Source of the DNA: Promethearchaeota archaeon
GTDB taxonomy: Archaea; Asgardarchaeota; Lokiarchaeia; Sigyniarchaeales; SOKP01
Assembly: GCA_048941015.1 (NCBI GenBank)
Contig: JBHLNZ010000035.1
Location: 1 to 18,283, forward strand
Direction: 5' to 3'
DNA length: 18,283 bases
Of the stretch, positions 9,441 through 17,827 are shown piece after piece; the first letter of the stretch is position 1; the number at the start of each line of letters is the position of its first letter. The notes under the pieces were generated by a model. The model searched no databases. It saw only the letters and a program-made list of their open reading frames with translations, and had not been told where the DNA came from. A program made the translations under genes and the position numbers.

Positions 9441-9463
9441 ATTTATCCTGTTAATAAGGATAA

Positions 9464-10648
9464 TTATAATAATTTTTGGTATAATTCAATTAAATTTTGT
9501 GTTATGTTTCCCCATGTATACAATTTTGAATATTCAAGAATCTTTCGTGAATCCCATTCTTCTTCTAACGCTTTCAAAATATTTTTAGCAAGTTCTTTTT
9601 CATCTTTAGGTTGTGATAAAATACCATAATAAGGAGAATTAATAACATCTGGTACTCCACCTACTTTTGTACCTATAAAAGGTTTGCCGCATCCTAATGA
9701 CTCAAACATTACAGTGGGATTGCCTTCAAATAAACTTGAGGATACAAAAAAGTCACACGCTCCAAACCAATAGACTAATTCATTGTGAGGTTTTCCTCCT
9801 AAAAGTTTCACATAATCATCTAATTTATACTTTGAGATTAATTTCTTTAGATTTCCTTCTTCTGTTCCCTCACCAATAATTAGACATAAAAAATCTTTTC
9901 TATATCTGGAGAGAATATATAGCGCTTTAATTAGAATATCGTATCCTTTAACCTTCTCCAAATTACCTACAGATAATATTATTTTTTTCTGATCTAAGAG
10001 ATTTAAAATCTTTTTCGCTTTTTGTTTTTCTATATAATAAAAAATTAAGGAAGAAAATCCATTAGGAAACACATGCACTTCTTTTTTAATTCCTAATTTT
10101 ATTATACATTCTCGATTTTTTAAGCTAACTGTTATTAACTTATCTGCATTCCTAAAAACTTCTCTCATTCTATTCTTCCAATATTTATCACGAAATGGTA
10201 GATCATAAACATCATAACCATGCCCAGTAATCACTAAGGGTTTTTTGTATTTTTCCTTGACTTTTATTCCAGCATAACCAGCAGACCATCCAAAATGTGC
10301 ATGAATAATATCAAACTTGATTTTTCTCGTTTTAAGGATTTTTAAAACAGCCTTAGCATGTTTATGACCTAAAAATTTATAAAAAAAATTTAAGGGAAGG
10401 TACCATAAAGGGACAAGAATAACTTCAACATTCTCCGGTATATTAGTATAATCAATGGAATTTCTCTTGCTGTGCTTCCTTCTAGATTTGAAGAAAGGTA
10501 AAGGAATAATATTGGACAATTCAGCAATTGGTTTATAACGAACCAATACAAAAATCTTATTAAATTCCTTTGATATTATCTCGATTGGATCTTTGATAAA
10601 ACTATTATATGTATGACACAAAACTAAAAGATTTGTTTTATTCATCAT
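9464..10648 (-). CDS. GT4 family glycosyltransferase (GT-B fold)
   Basis: 394 aa. DIIHAHF, SVGNLEKVKG, IIGEG and EGNPTVMFESLGCGKP (E-x7-E) motifs, followed by TKVGGVPD. Confidence 0.94.
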   Translation of the reverse strand: MMNKTNLLVLCHTYNSFIKDPIEIISKEFNKIFVLVRYKPIAELSNIIPLPFFKSRRKHSKRNSIDYTNIPENVEVILVPLWYLPLNFFYKFLGHKHAKAVLKILKTRKIKFDIIHAHFGWSAGYAGIKVKEKYKKPLVITGHGYDVYDLPFRDKYWKNRMREVFRNADKLITVSLKNRECIIKLGIKKEVHVFPNGFSSLIFYYIEKQKAKKILNLLDQKKIILSVGNLEKVKGYDILIKALYILSRYRKDFLCLIIGEGTEEGNLKKLISKYKLDDYVKLLGGKPHNELVYWFGACDFFVSSSLFEGNPTVMFESLGCGKPFIGTKVGGVPDVINSPYYGILSQPKDEKELAKNILKALEEEWDSRKILEYSKLYTWGNITQNLIELYQKLL

Positions 10649-10851
10649 TTTTAACTTTTAATTCCTATTTCTTTTTTCTAAGGATCACACAAATAACAAA
10701 TTGAGTACCCCTTCCTAAATTCTATTATGTTTAAATTAAATTAAAATTTTATTAAAAGAGTTTTAAAATTAAAAAATTTCAGTAATCTACTCCTTTAATG
10801 CGTATATTGCGCATCTCGTATATTGAACTAAAATTTACTTATTTTCTTTTG

Positions 10852-12021
10852 TTAACTAATTTTGCTGGAATACGCTTCTATTAATTTTACTGATTCATTT
10901 TTCCAGTTTAATTTTTCCATTATTATAGACCTACTTCTTTTTGATATTTCATATTGCGTTTTTTCATTATTCGCAAGATATAATATTTTTTCACCAATTT
11001 TTTCTGGATCAAGAGGAAAGTCTATTTCAATTGCTTTTACCATCTTTATATATCGTTGTGATGATTTTAAATTAGTGAATAAAAATGGTATCCCGACTAA
11101 CATGTATTCAAATATTTTATTTGAAATCATTATGTTATTATTAGCAGTATCTTCATATAAACCAACAGCAATGTCACAATTATAAGTTAATTTTAAAAGT
11201 TCGCAATATGGGACTGCTCCTGTGAAGATAAAATGATTAGATATCTTATGCTTCTTTACCATCTCTTTTATATTGTTTAAATAATTACCACCACCGACAA
11301 TCCAAAACTCGAAATTATGATTTCTCTCCAATATTCTAACTGCTGACAATATAAATTCATCATATCCTCTATGTGTATAAACTCCTCCAGAATAGATTAT
11401 CTTAAATAATTTTTCTTTATTCGGAGATAAAGGGTGGAACTTAAGATTTTCATAATCAAAATCTTTTTTAATAAAATCTAAATCTGGTACATTCAAAATA
11501 CAAAATTGAGGTTTCTTAATTCTTCTTTTAAGAATTTTTAGTTGTAATGGACTTGCACCGATTAAAATAGTAATAAATTTGCTACAAATAAATTCTAAGA
11601 ATAAAAAACATAACCAATAGAATTTATTTAGCTTGTCTTTTGCCGCTTCTGGGAATAGTTCATGTGAGTCATAAATCAATTTAACTTTTGGAAATAATAT
11701 TTTGTATAGAACTGCTGGAGGAAGTCCCGTTAAATCATGAGCATGAATTACATCGGGAGGGGCGGTTTCTTTAATTAAATAACGAAAAGCCAAAAACCAA
11801 AATTTTAACAATGATTTTACTGTTTCACGTTTTTTTGGTTGAACTTCCATGATTTCACTATTTTTTATTCTTTTATCATTATTTATAACCCTATTATTGT
11901 CTTTAGGATCTTTACAATTAATTACTTCAATTTCATATCCATTTTGAGCTAAAGAAATTGCTTCTCTTTGAACCCTAGTATCTGAAATGAAATACTTGTA
12001 TAATATCATTTTAATAATCAT
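10852..12021 (-). CDS. GT4 family glycosyltransferase (WbuB-like subgroup)
   Basis: 389 aa. DTRVQREAISL, DVIHAHDL, IYDSHELF, IVGGG and SNKIFEYMLVGIP motifs. Confidence 0.92.
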   Translation of the reverse strand: MIIKMILYKYFISDTRVQREAISLAQNGYEIEVINCKDPKDNNRVINNDKRIKNSEIMEVQPKKRETVKSLLKFWFLAFRYLIKETAPPDVIHAHDLTGLPPAVLYKILFPKVKLIYDSHELFPEAAKDKLNKFYWLCFLFLEFICSKFITILIGASPLQLKILKRRIKKPQFCILNVPDLDFIKKDFDYENLKFHPLSPNKEKLFKIIYSGGVYTHRGYDEFILSAVRILERNHNFEFWIVGGGNYLNNIKEMVKKHKISNHFIFTGAVPYCELLKLTYNCDIAVGLYEDTANNNIMISNKIFEYMLVGIPFLFTNLKSSQRYIKMVKAIEIDFPLDPEKIGEKILYLANNEKTQYEISKRSRSIIMEKLNWKNESVKLIEAYSSKIS

Positions 12022-12183
12022 TGATTATCCACGAATATATTTTTTCTTTAGATAAATTAGTCTTCTTATTTTAATTAAAACTTTCTTTTTTGAGGTTTCA
12101 ACCAATAAATTAACATATGGTCAATATTAACAAACATTATGTAATTACATTCTCAAGATGGATAACGCAAGAGAAAACTTCTT

Positions 12184-12729
12184 TTATTTTTCAAAAATCA
12201 CAAAATGATTACAAAACAATTCAAATTTTTTGTATTTTTTTAATTTTAAATTGTATTTTTGTCCAATTTTTATAAAATCACTTTTTGATAAAATTGTTTT
12301 ATGACTCTCTCTTACAGATTTTGGAAACAAACCCAATATCTCACCACAGAAATGAATAAAATTACCAAATTTAGTAGGCGTTGTTATCACAATTCTTCCG
12401 CCACTCTTTAAGTTATTGATTGATTGCCTAATTGGATTTTCATAGTTCTTTATGTGCTCAATGAATGCTGTCATAATAACTAAATCCACTTTCTCGGGTA
12501 AATTAATTTTATCTTTTTCTAAATTTTTTGAATAAAACTCTCCTAGGGGATATTTTTTAATTAATTCTTTACATTTATAATCTAAATCTACTCCAAAATA
12601 TCTAGTTATCGCCTTATTATTAATTGCTCTAGCATCACCACATCCAATATCTAAAACTTTTCCTTTTAAATATGGTCTAACTTTATTTTCTCTTATATTT
12701 GTTAAATATTTGCTTAATTTGTAGCTCAT
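12184..12729 (-). CDS. Class I SAM-dependent methyltransferase
   Basis: 181 aa. KVLDIGCG, FGVD, FIEHI and LKSGGRIVITTP motifs. Starts 4 nt after the stop of the beta-helix gene. Confidence 0.9.
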   Translation of the reverse strand: MSYKLSKYLTNIRENKVRPYLKGKVLDIGCGDARAINNKAITRYFGVDLDYKCKELIKKYPLGEFYSKNLEKDKINLPEKVDLVIMTAFIEHIKNYENPIRQSINNLKSGGRIVITTPTKFGNFIHFCGEILGLFPKSVRESHKTILSKSDFIKIGQKYNLKLKKYKKFELFCNHFVIFEK

Positions 12730-12733
12730 ATCC

Positions 12734-13828
12734 TTATTCCTTCCTCTTCTTCAGTGATAATTTAGGGATAAAAGATTTGATGTTTTTCCTTTTAATAAAA
12801 AACATTAATTTAATTAGGATTATTGACAATAAAGCTATTATAAAAATAATAGCCGCAATTAAAAAAACATCAGGATAGTCTGTATCATCAGTAAATATTT
12901 CATAAATAGCACCATATCCATTATCCTCTAAGATATTTCCTGTAATTACATTAAAAGTGCTTTCTTCGAGATATATACCATATCTTTGGTTATAACTAGC
13001 GGAATTTTCTATTAAATTATTATAGTGAGAAGATAAAAGTCTAAATCCATGCTGATCGTTATCGTTAGCGGTGTTATTTGAAAAAGTGTTAAGATCGGAA
13101 TAGCTGAGAGTGAATCCGTTGAGATTCCGATTAGCTAGATTTTCTGTTAGAGTATTGTTATATGAAGAACTTAGGTAAAAACCGAGATAAGTATTATCAA
13201 TCACCTCATTGCCTGATATGGTATTGTTATAGGATGATTCAAGAGAAAATCCATGTCTGTTTTTTATTATGATATTTGCCGTCAAAATATTAAAATAGGA
13301 ACAATTTAACGTCAAACCATTGGTATTTCTAACCGCGGTATTAGCGATTAATGTATTATTAAAGGAATTCTTGAGGTAAAATCCGTATTGGTTATTGTAA
13401 GCGATATTATCTTCTAATCTTCCGTGCGTTACATTCTCAAAATAAAATCCATAGTAGTTATTTAATTTTCCATCGTTAACGGTTGTGTTTCTGATAATGA
13501 AATGAAGATCAGTATTCCTAATATGAACTCCATGCTCTATTGTAGCATTAATTTCATAATTTTCAATGATATAAGGATCGTTGAGACTTCCATCTCCACT
13601 CCATCCCTCACTAATTGCCTTAGCAGCAAACGTGTCATTACCATCAATAAATATTGATTCATTAAATGCCGATATCTTTGGTATCTCTGAATATTGATAA
13701 AAATTATCTTCAATAGGAGCCATATTAGCTCCTAAGAACCTAGGTGAAATGAGAAAAAGAAGGTATCCTCCAATTAGCATGCTTAAGATGAGAATAAATA
13801 AAATAACACTAGTGTTTTTATTACGCAT
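12734..13828 (-). CDS. Membrane-anchored parallel beta-helix (NosD-like / pectin-lyase-fold) surface protein
   Basis: 364 aa. N-terminal hydrophobic signal/anchor, GDGSLNDPYIIEN motif, about 8 repeats of ~22 aa of type GFxLxxSxNNTxxxN, then a C-terminal TM helix and basic tail. Many N-x-S/T sequons. Confidence 0.88.
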   Translation of the reverse strand: MRNKNTSVILFILILSMLIGGYLLFLISPRFLGANMAPIEDNFYQYSEIPKISAFNESIFIDGNDTFAAKAISEGWSGDGSLNDPYIIENYEINATIEHGVHIRNTDLHFIIRNTTVNDGKLNNYYGFYFENVTHGRLEDNIAYNNQYGFYLKNSFNNTLIANTAVRNTNGLTLNCSYFNILTANIIIKNRHGFSLESSYNNTISGNEVIDNTYLGFYLSSSYNNTLTENLANRNLNGFTLSYSDLNTFSNNTANDNDQHGFRLLSSHYNNLIENSASYNQRYGIYLEESTFNVITGNILEDNGYGAIYEIFTDDTDYPDVFLIAAIIFIIALLSIILIKLMFFIKRKNIKSFIPKLSLKKRKE

Positions 13829-13890
13829 TTTAATTCTTGTTATTTTTTAATTGATATTAAACTTATGGATGAAAATGATAAATTTTGAAA

Positions 13891-13898
13891 TATATAAA
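13891..13898 (-). promoter_or_regulatory. Candidate archaeal TATA box for the beta-helix/methyltransferase genes
   Basis: Minus strand TTTATATA about 63 nt upstream of the ATG at 13828. Low specificity in AT-rich DNA. Confidence 0.3.
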
Positions 13899-14079
13899 AA
13901 ATTCTTATTGTAATATAAATTTCATAAGTCTGAATGTTTAACCAATCTTTTGATCATCATGATCGAATATATTATGAAATTCAATTATTACTTTTATTCC
14001 CCCGGGGAATTTTTTTGAAGGAGATATTATAGCTATTGATTTATTGTTTTCACTTTTCATTATTAAAAGTCTGAAAATT

Positions 14080-14859
14080 TCAAATAAAAATTCTTAAAAT
14101 TGTGATTATTGATCTATAGAAATATTCGAATATATTGCTAAATAATCGACTTTTTCTAGTTTTTCTGGCTATAATAGGTATTTCTTTTACATTTTTCTTG
14201 CTTTGAATTGTTTTTATCAATTGTTCTTGCGTATAGGTAAATTTACTCTCAATGGGCAATTGAGCAATCTCTTTAGTGAAGGCTCGAAATCCTGTTGTTG
14301 TATCGTGTATGTTCTTTCTTAATAATAAGCAAAAAGCTTTTGCGAAAAACATATTTCCAAGTTTTTTACCAATGGATCCATTATAGACCCCCTTTCCAAA
14401 ACGTGAACCTAATACTAGATCGTATCCGTCGAGAACACTTTCAATCATCTCTGGAATATATTTAGGAGGATATTGCCCGTCAGCATCAATATGCACGATG
14501 ATATCTGCTCCTAAACCACAACAAATTTCCATCTCCTTTTTAAATGTATATGCAAGACCCTTATTACATCCATTTGAAAAGTAAAGTACTCCATTCTCCT
14601 CCGTAATCTTTATTGTCCTATCTACGCTTCCATCATCGAGAAGCATTATCTGATATATATAATTAGTATTGCCCATCACAGTTTTGATTTCATTAATAAC
14701 CGCTCCAATACTCTCTTCCTCATTATAGGCGGGTATAGTTATAACGACTTTCTTATTTGATGGGATCGAAATAAATTTATTTATAACTTTTTCTTGTTCA
14801 ATATCTTCTAGTTTAACTCGATCTTCTAAAATGATTTTTTGTGTGGACATAGTATTCAC
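14080..14859 (-). CDS. GT2 glycosyltransferase, dolichol/polyprenol-phosphate sugar synthase (DPM1-like)
   Basis: ITIPAYNEE, LLDDGSVDRT, HIDADGQY, LVLGSRF and DTTTGFRAF motifs. No C-terminal TM bundle. Start is GTG 14859 or ATG 14850. Confidence 0.9.
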   Translation of the reverse strand: MNTMSTQKIILEDRVKLEDIEQEKVINKFISIPSNKKVVITIPAYNEEESIGAVINEIKTVMGNTNYIYQIMLLDDGSVDRTIKITEENGVLYFSNGCNKGLAYTFKKEMEICCGLGADIIVHIDADGQYPPKYIPEMIESVLDGYDLVLGSRFGKGVYNGSIGKKLGNMFFAKAFCLLLRKNIHDTTTGFRAFTKEIAQLPIESKFTYTQEQLIKTIQSKKNVKEIPIIARKTRKSRLFSNIFEYFYRSIITILRIFI

Positions 14860-15022
14860 ATTGGATTTCTAAAATTAACTTATTAAAAGTCTGAATAGAA
14901 ATATTAAAAGTTACAAATATGACTAAACAACTTAATTAGTTACTTAAAATTGAATCGGCCATGGAACAATTAAGAGTAAGTATAATTAAATATTTAAAAC
15001 TTTGGGTAATTTAACAAATCCA

Positions 15023-15128
15023 ATAATACAGATTTGTGAAATGTGTGTACAGATTTGTGATTTGTGTAAAAATTTGATTTGGAATTGTGTGTAAAGATTT
15101 ATGATTTGTGTGAATAATAATTATGATT
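15023..15128. repeat. Degenerate tandem repeat, ~21-bp unit, 4-5 copies
   Basis: 15044-15064 tgtgtacagatttgtgatttg and 15088-15108 tgtgtaaagatttatgatttg are 19/21 identical. tacagatttgtga is exact at 15027 and 15048. More degenerate copies start at 15065 and 15109. Confidence 0.8.
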
Positions 15129-15291
15129 AAAATTCTTATGGTTGCCAAAAGTTTAGGGAGATTTTTAATCAGTAAGGATGTAAAAATAAAAAATGCAAAG
15201 AAATGGATAAATTGACAAAAAGGACTTTAGGTAGTTTTATGTCCCCCTTAAAAAATTGTAATTAGAACTTTCACTACTCTAATAAGAATTT

Positions 15292-15330
15292 AAAAAAAAT
15301 ATAAATTAAAAATAAAAATAAGAGAAATTT
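15292..15330 (-). terminator. Putative archaeal oligo-T terminator of the AOR operon
   Basis: Several T5-T8 tracts on the minus strand directly after the stop codon at 15338. Confidence 0.45.
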
Positions 15331-15337
15331 ACATTCT

Positions 15338-15895
15338 TTAACCTTGAGATTCTGCTATAATATCCCCAAATAATCTCTTTACTGCTTCGATCCTGGTTTC
15401 TTCTCCAATTTGTTCAACATTCTTCAATGAAATGGCTTCCTTTGGACAAACAGCTATACATTGTGGCTCTCTTTCTCCAACTTCAGGATCGATGAATTCT
15501 TCTTTCATATTTTCGCATAAATCGCAGACTAATGCTTTTTGATCTGTTATATTCAAGGTTATTACTCCAAAATCACATGCTCGAATACAAAATCCACAAC
15601 CATTGCATTTATCGTTATCCACGATAATTGAACCATTTTCATCATCCTTTTCTAAAGCTTTTTCAGGACAACTGCGAACACAGGGAGCATCTTCACATTT
15701 CTGGCAAGCGAGGGCAATATTAAACACTGGTTCTATTCGAACTCTGTGAATTCTAGTATTAATAGGATTAAACGCACCATCATGCACAAAAGAGCATACA
15801 GATTCACACGTTTCACATCCCGTACATAAATTGGGATCAACTACGATGAATTGATGCATAACTCCGCCTCTCTTCTTGGTTTTAACCTTTGACAT
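15338..15895 (-). CDS. 4x[4Fe-4S] electron-transfer subunit (DmsB/AorA-like) of the aldehyde oxidoreductase
   Basis: 185 aa. Four Cys groups: CTGCETCESVC, CQKCEDAPCVRSC, CNGCGFCIRAC and CDLC...PQCIAVC. ATG directly abuts the AOR stop (TAA-ATG), with AGGAGG upstream. Confidence 0.92.
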   Translation of the reverse strand: MSKVKTKKRGGVMHQFIVVDPNLCTGCETCESVCSFVHDGAFNPINTRIHRVRIEPVFNIALACQKCEDAPCVRSCPEKALEKDDENGSIIVDNDKCNGCGFCIRACDFGVITLNITDQKALVCDLCENMKEEFIDPEVGEREPQCIAVCPKEAISLKNVEQIGEETRIEAVKRLFGDIIAESQG

Positions 15896-17827
15896 TTACT
15901 TTTTCCCTCCTTTCTTTGGTGTTGGTTTTAAATTTCCAATTACAAAGTCTAATCCTAATTTTTTTAAAGTCTCATCGGTTGGTATTCCAGTTTCTTTATC
16001 CCATCCCCGAGCTTCGTAATATCCACTTAATAAGGTCTGATAGCCCTCTTCCTTTATAACAACACCCTTTGCTGGACCTTTTGTATGAGCCTCTTTAAAG
16101 AATCGTTCAGGTGGATGATCATCAGCTCTTGTCCATCCTTCTCGAATGTTAAAACATTTAGAAAGAGTTACAATTGAATCTCCTCTAAATAAAATAGATT
16201 CCTCTGTATGAGGGATGCCTGTTACAAGTTCATAAACTTTAGCCATTTCAGCATCATTCTCGTAAATACCTCGGGTAAATTTACATATTATATAAGAATC
16301 TATAAGAGCATAAACATCTTCAACCTCTTTTATTTTCTTTCCACGCTCAAGCGGTTTATCATATCCAAACCGATCGAAAGTTCCTTTAGCATCAAGTCCA
16401 TATGCTCCATTTCTTAAGTGGCATGCTCCTCTGATCGACACACTCTCCCCGACAGCAAATGAGTTCATACCATGGAGATCGAATGCAGGCATTTCTAAGC
16501 CCTTGATATGCATACCATAATAACTAGCATTCTTCTTTCCCATTTCTTCTAATCTTAGTCCAGCTTCTTTAGTTCCATCACCAAATATTTTTCCAGCAAA
16601 TCCTTTACCAAGGATCATTTCTTCAGTAAATCGAACTAAATTTACTGTTGATCCAAATGGTAATTTATATCCTAAATCTTTTTCTGTAATGAGTCCCTCT
16701 TCGAAGCATTCACATGCCATAGCTGCGGTGACACCGCCAGAAATAGCATCAATGCCTAAATCATCGCATAAAGTAATACATTTAAATACTGTAGGCCAAT
16801 CAGCATTACCACAAGCAGTGCCAAATCCATAGCATAATTCGACATCAACACTTGCATAGGTGTTTGGCCAATCAGGATGAGTTTTTGGAATCTTTGCAAT
16901 GTGATCGCATGCAATTGAGCATTGAGAACAAGCAACCTTTTTTACAACCCAATCAATATTAAGGCTATCTCCAGTAAATGTCCCATCATCTATTTTTTCC
17001 CATGTACCTTCTTTATGATTAAATATTGGCATCATACCGAGTTTATTATAACTTGTTAATCCCGCAGGGGTACCTAAATCTCGATATTTAGCTGTAGCAG
17101 GGCCGTTAGCAACTTTTATTAATTTTTTTGCCATTTTATAGAAATCAGCTGGTTTGGCAACTTTAGTACCTTTGGTACCTCTAAAACAGATAGCTTTTAG
17201 ATTCTTAGATCCCATTACAGCACCCATTCCAGTCCTACCTGCTTGCCTATTCCTATCATTTGTTAAACAAGCCATATGACTCATTCTTTCACCGGCAGGT
17301 CCTATTGATAGTACAGCCAAGCGTTGATCTTGAAATTCCTCTCTCAAATGTTCTTCGGTTTCCCAACATCCTTTACCAGCTAATTCAGGACATGGGACAA
17401 TATAATAATCATCATCATCAACAACCATATAGGACAATTCAGGAGCTTTTCCCTTAAAGACAATCATATTAATGCCTGCTCTACGTGCCTGTGCTCCTAC
17501 AGAACCAGAAGAAATTGCCATACCAAACATTCCTGTCAATGGAGATTTAGCAAATACGCCATACTTGGAACTAGTTGGTAAAATCGTCGTAGGAAAGGGC
17601 CCATGTGCATAAACAAAAACATTTTCAGGACTTAAAGGATCAACACCAGGAGGGCATTCATCCCATAATACTTTAGCACCGAAACCATAACCACCAATCC
17701 AGTCTCGACAAAATTCTCTTGATAATGTTGATTTCTCTATTTGACCATTTGTTAAATCAACGTCAAGTCTAACTTGAGAATATCCTTTAATTTCATCAGG
17801 CATAGGTATTTCTTTTGCTTCACTCAT
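15896..17827 (-). CDS. aor: Tungsten-containing aldehyde:ferredoxin oxidoreductase family catalytic subunit
   Basis: AKSPLTG, SIGPAGE, AGRTGMGAVMGSKNLKAI, C-x2-C-x3-C (CSQCSIAC), DDLGID pterin-binding motif, RGACH, DS-x3-CKF and YYEARGW. ATG 17827 (MSEAK) is preferred to GTG 17836. Subfamily and substrate are unknown. Confidence 0.94.
   Translation of the reverse strand: MSEAKEIPMPDEIKGYSQVRLDVDLTNGQIEKSTLSREFCRDWIGGYGFGAKVLWDECPPGVDPLSPENVFVYAHGPFPTTILPTSSKYGVFAKSPLTGMFGMAISSGSVGAQARRAGINMIVFKGKAPELSYMVVDDDDYYIVPCPELAGKGCWETEEHLREEFQDQRLAVLSIGPAGERMSHMACLTNDRNRQAGRTGMGAVMGSKNLKAICFRGTKGTKVAKPADFYKMAKKLIKVANGPATAKYRDLGTPAGLTSYNKLGMMPIFNHKEGTWEKIDDGTFTGDSLNIDWVVKKVACSQCSIACDHIAKIPKTHPDWPNTYASVDVELCYGFGTACGNADWPTVFKCITLCDDLGIDAISGGVTAAMACECFEEGLITEKDLGYKLPFGSTVNLVRFTEEMILGKGFAGKIFGDGTKEAGLRLEEMGKKNASYYGMHIKGLEMPAFDLHGMNSFAVGESVSIRGACHLRNGAYGLDAKGTFDRFGYDKPLERGKKIKEVEDVYALIDSYIICKFTRGIYENDAEMAKVYELVTGIPHTEESILFRGDSIVTLSKCFNIREGWTRADDHPPERFFKEAHTKGPAKGVVIKEEGYQTLLSGYYEARGWDKETGIPTDETLKKLGLDFVIGNLKPTPKKGGKK

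Noticed and set aside
8106-11185. Plus-strand ORFs 8106-8390, 9697-9879 and 10862-11185
   Set aside because: Antisense to longer genes with clear family motifs, and low in information content.
10798-12150. Short repeats cgtatattg x2 (10801, 10817) and palindrome atgtaattacat (12139-12150)
   Set aside because: Short, isolated and not repeated elsewhere as far as I could see, so not distinguishable from chance.
12734-13828. True nosD of nitrous-oxide reductase maturation
   Set aside because: No nosZ/F/Y/L nearby. It only shares the beta-helix fold.
15023-15128. CRISPR array or plasmid iterons
   Set aside because: Units are contiguous and degenerate with no spacers, and no cas or rep gene is in the window.
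15896-15925. Basic KKGGKK tail of AOR as a targeting or modification signal
   Set aside because: Adequately explained by the overlapping AGGAGG ribosome-binding site of the downstream Fe-S gene.
16208-17457. Plus-strand ORFs 16208-16417 and 17260-17457
   Set aside because: Antisense shadows inside aor.
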